From Stegostoma tigrinum (Eukaryota): DNA of 64,000 nucleotides. The stretch spans positions 21,610,006 through 21,674,005 of the forward strand of contig NC_081378.1 of the NCBI RefSeq assembly GCF_030684315.1, given 5' to 3'. How positions within the stretch are numbered: the first letter of the stretch is position 1; each line of letters opens with the position of its first letter. Positions 63,170-64,000 of this stretch are shown here, piece after piece. The translations under genes were made by a program, and so were the position numbers. The notes beneath the pieces were generated by a model. The model was not told the origin of the DNA and did no database searches. It was given only the letters and a program-made list of their open reading frames with translations.

Positions 63170-63890
63170 CAGTAAATAACTGGGTCTGAATTATGTACAT
63201 TATAGGCTGCTGGGAGAAGCAATTGAGAAAGTTAAGGTGGATCTGACTGCAATAATTCCAGTCTTTTTGGTTACAAATATAGGGCTGTCAAGGTTCTACC
63301 TTGTTTAAACAGGGAGAAAAGGATTGATCAAGTACTTACAGACAGCCCATCCTAAACCCAATGCAATTTATTAGGGAAAGTTTTGAGGCACGATATAAAT
63401 TGTCATTTAACGGCACATTTATTTAAGACAGCAGAAATGTGTTTAGGAAAGGATAAGTCTATTTAACTTTGCTGAATTTTTTTTGAGAAAGTGGCACAAC
63501 TGATTAATTTTGGGAAGGCTTTTGACAAGTTTTAATGCAAAGTAGCCTCGAAAGTAAAAACCATGAGATTCAAAATTGCCTTTGGGCAGGAAACAAAAGA
63601 CAATGATCCATGTTTTTTTGTGACTGGAAAGGTTTTTCCAGCTATGTTCCATAGGTCTCAGTGTTAAATTGCTCGTTTTTTGTGTTATAAATCACTGATT
63701 TAGAGTAACTCTAGAGGGCATGCTTAAAAAGTTTGCAATGGTTGTTAATAGTGGAAGCCGAAAGCTGTGGACTGATCGATGTGTAGAAAAGTGGCAGGTG
63801 GAATTCAGTGTGAACAGGTGAGAGATAACCATTCGGAGAAGCTTAACAAGGCAGGAGAATACACATTAAATGGCCAAAAATGGAATGAGA
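63170..63890 (+). mobile_element. Highly degraded CR1 RT fragment
   Basis: Remnants of LFKxG.K.D...YR, NFAEFFE...DF.KAFDK, GSVL and KFA motifs. Confidence 0.5.
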
Positions 63891-64000
63891 TGCCAAAGAA
63901 TGAAAAGGAGGAGGCAGAAATGGACAAGCTGAAGTTGGAAGCAAAATTGATAAATTTTTCCAGTTCAGACAAATGAGGGAAGCAGCACCATTGATACATC

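Noticed and set aside
59400-64000. LMF2 exon 2 (LYGxxGILP)
   Set aside because: Not found by eye; it presumably lies beyond the window.

Overview
Vertebrate nuclear DNA, most likely a cartilaginous fish (shark). This is inferred from HE1/V-SINE-like and Deu-domain-like SINEs, abundant CR1 and Penelope elements, and protein similarity recalled from memory. The window holds the SCO2-NCAPH2-LMF2 block known from human 22q13.33. SCO2 is on + (single coding exon 10375-11574). NCAPH2 is on - (20 coding exons reconstructed by hand, 55363 to 17442, 1836 nt, 611 aa, all GT-AG and phase-consistent). The first coding exon of LMF2 is on + (59295-59388), head-to-head with NCAPH2. Upstream of SCO2, where human has TYMP, there are instead minus-strand exon remnants of an unrecognised Roc-domain (ROCO GTPase) gene. 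It appears to start within about 80 bp of SCO2 exon 1 and is probably decaying. The rest is intron and intergenic DNA rich in CR1, RTE, Rex1, Penelope-like elements and tRNA-derived SINEs. Several Penelope insertions are inverted hairpins with target-site duplications (TSDs), some with minimal hammerhead motifs. Repeat boundaries are approximate and no database searches were run.
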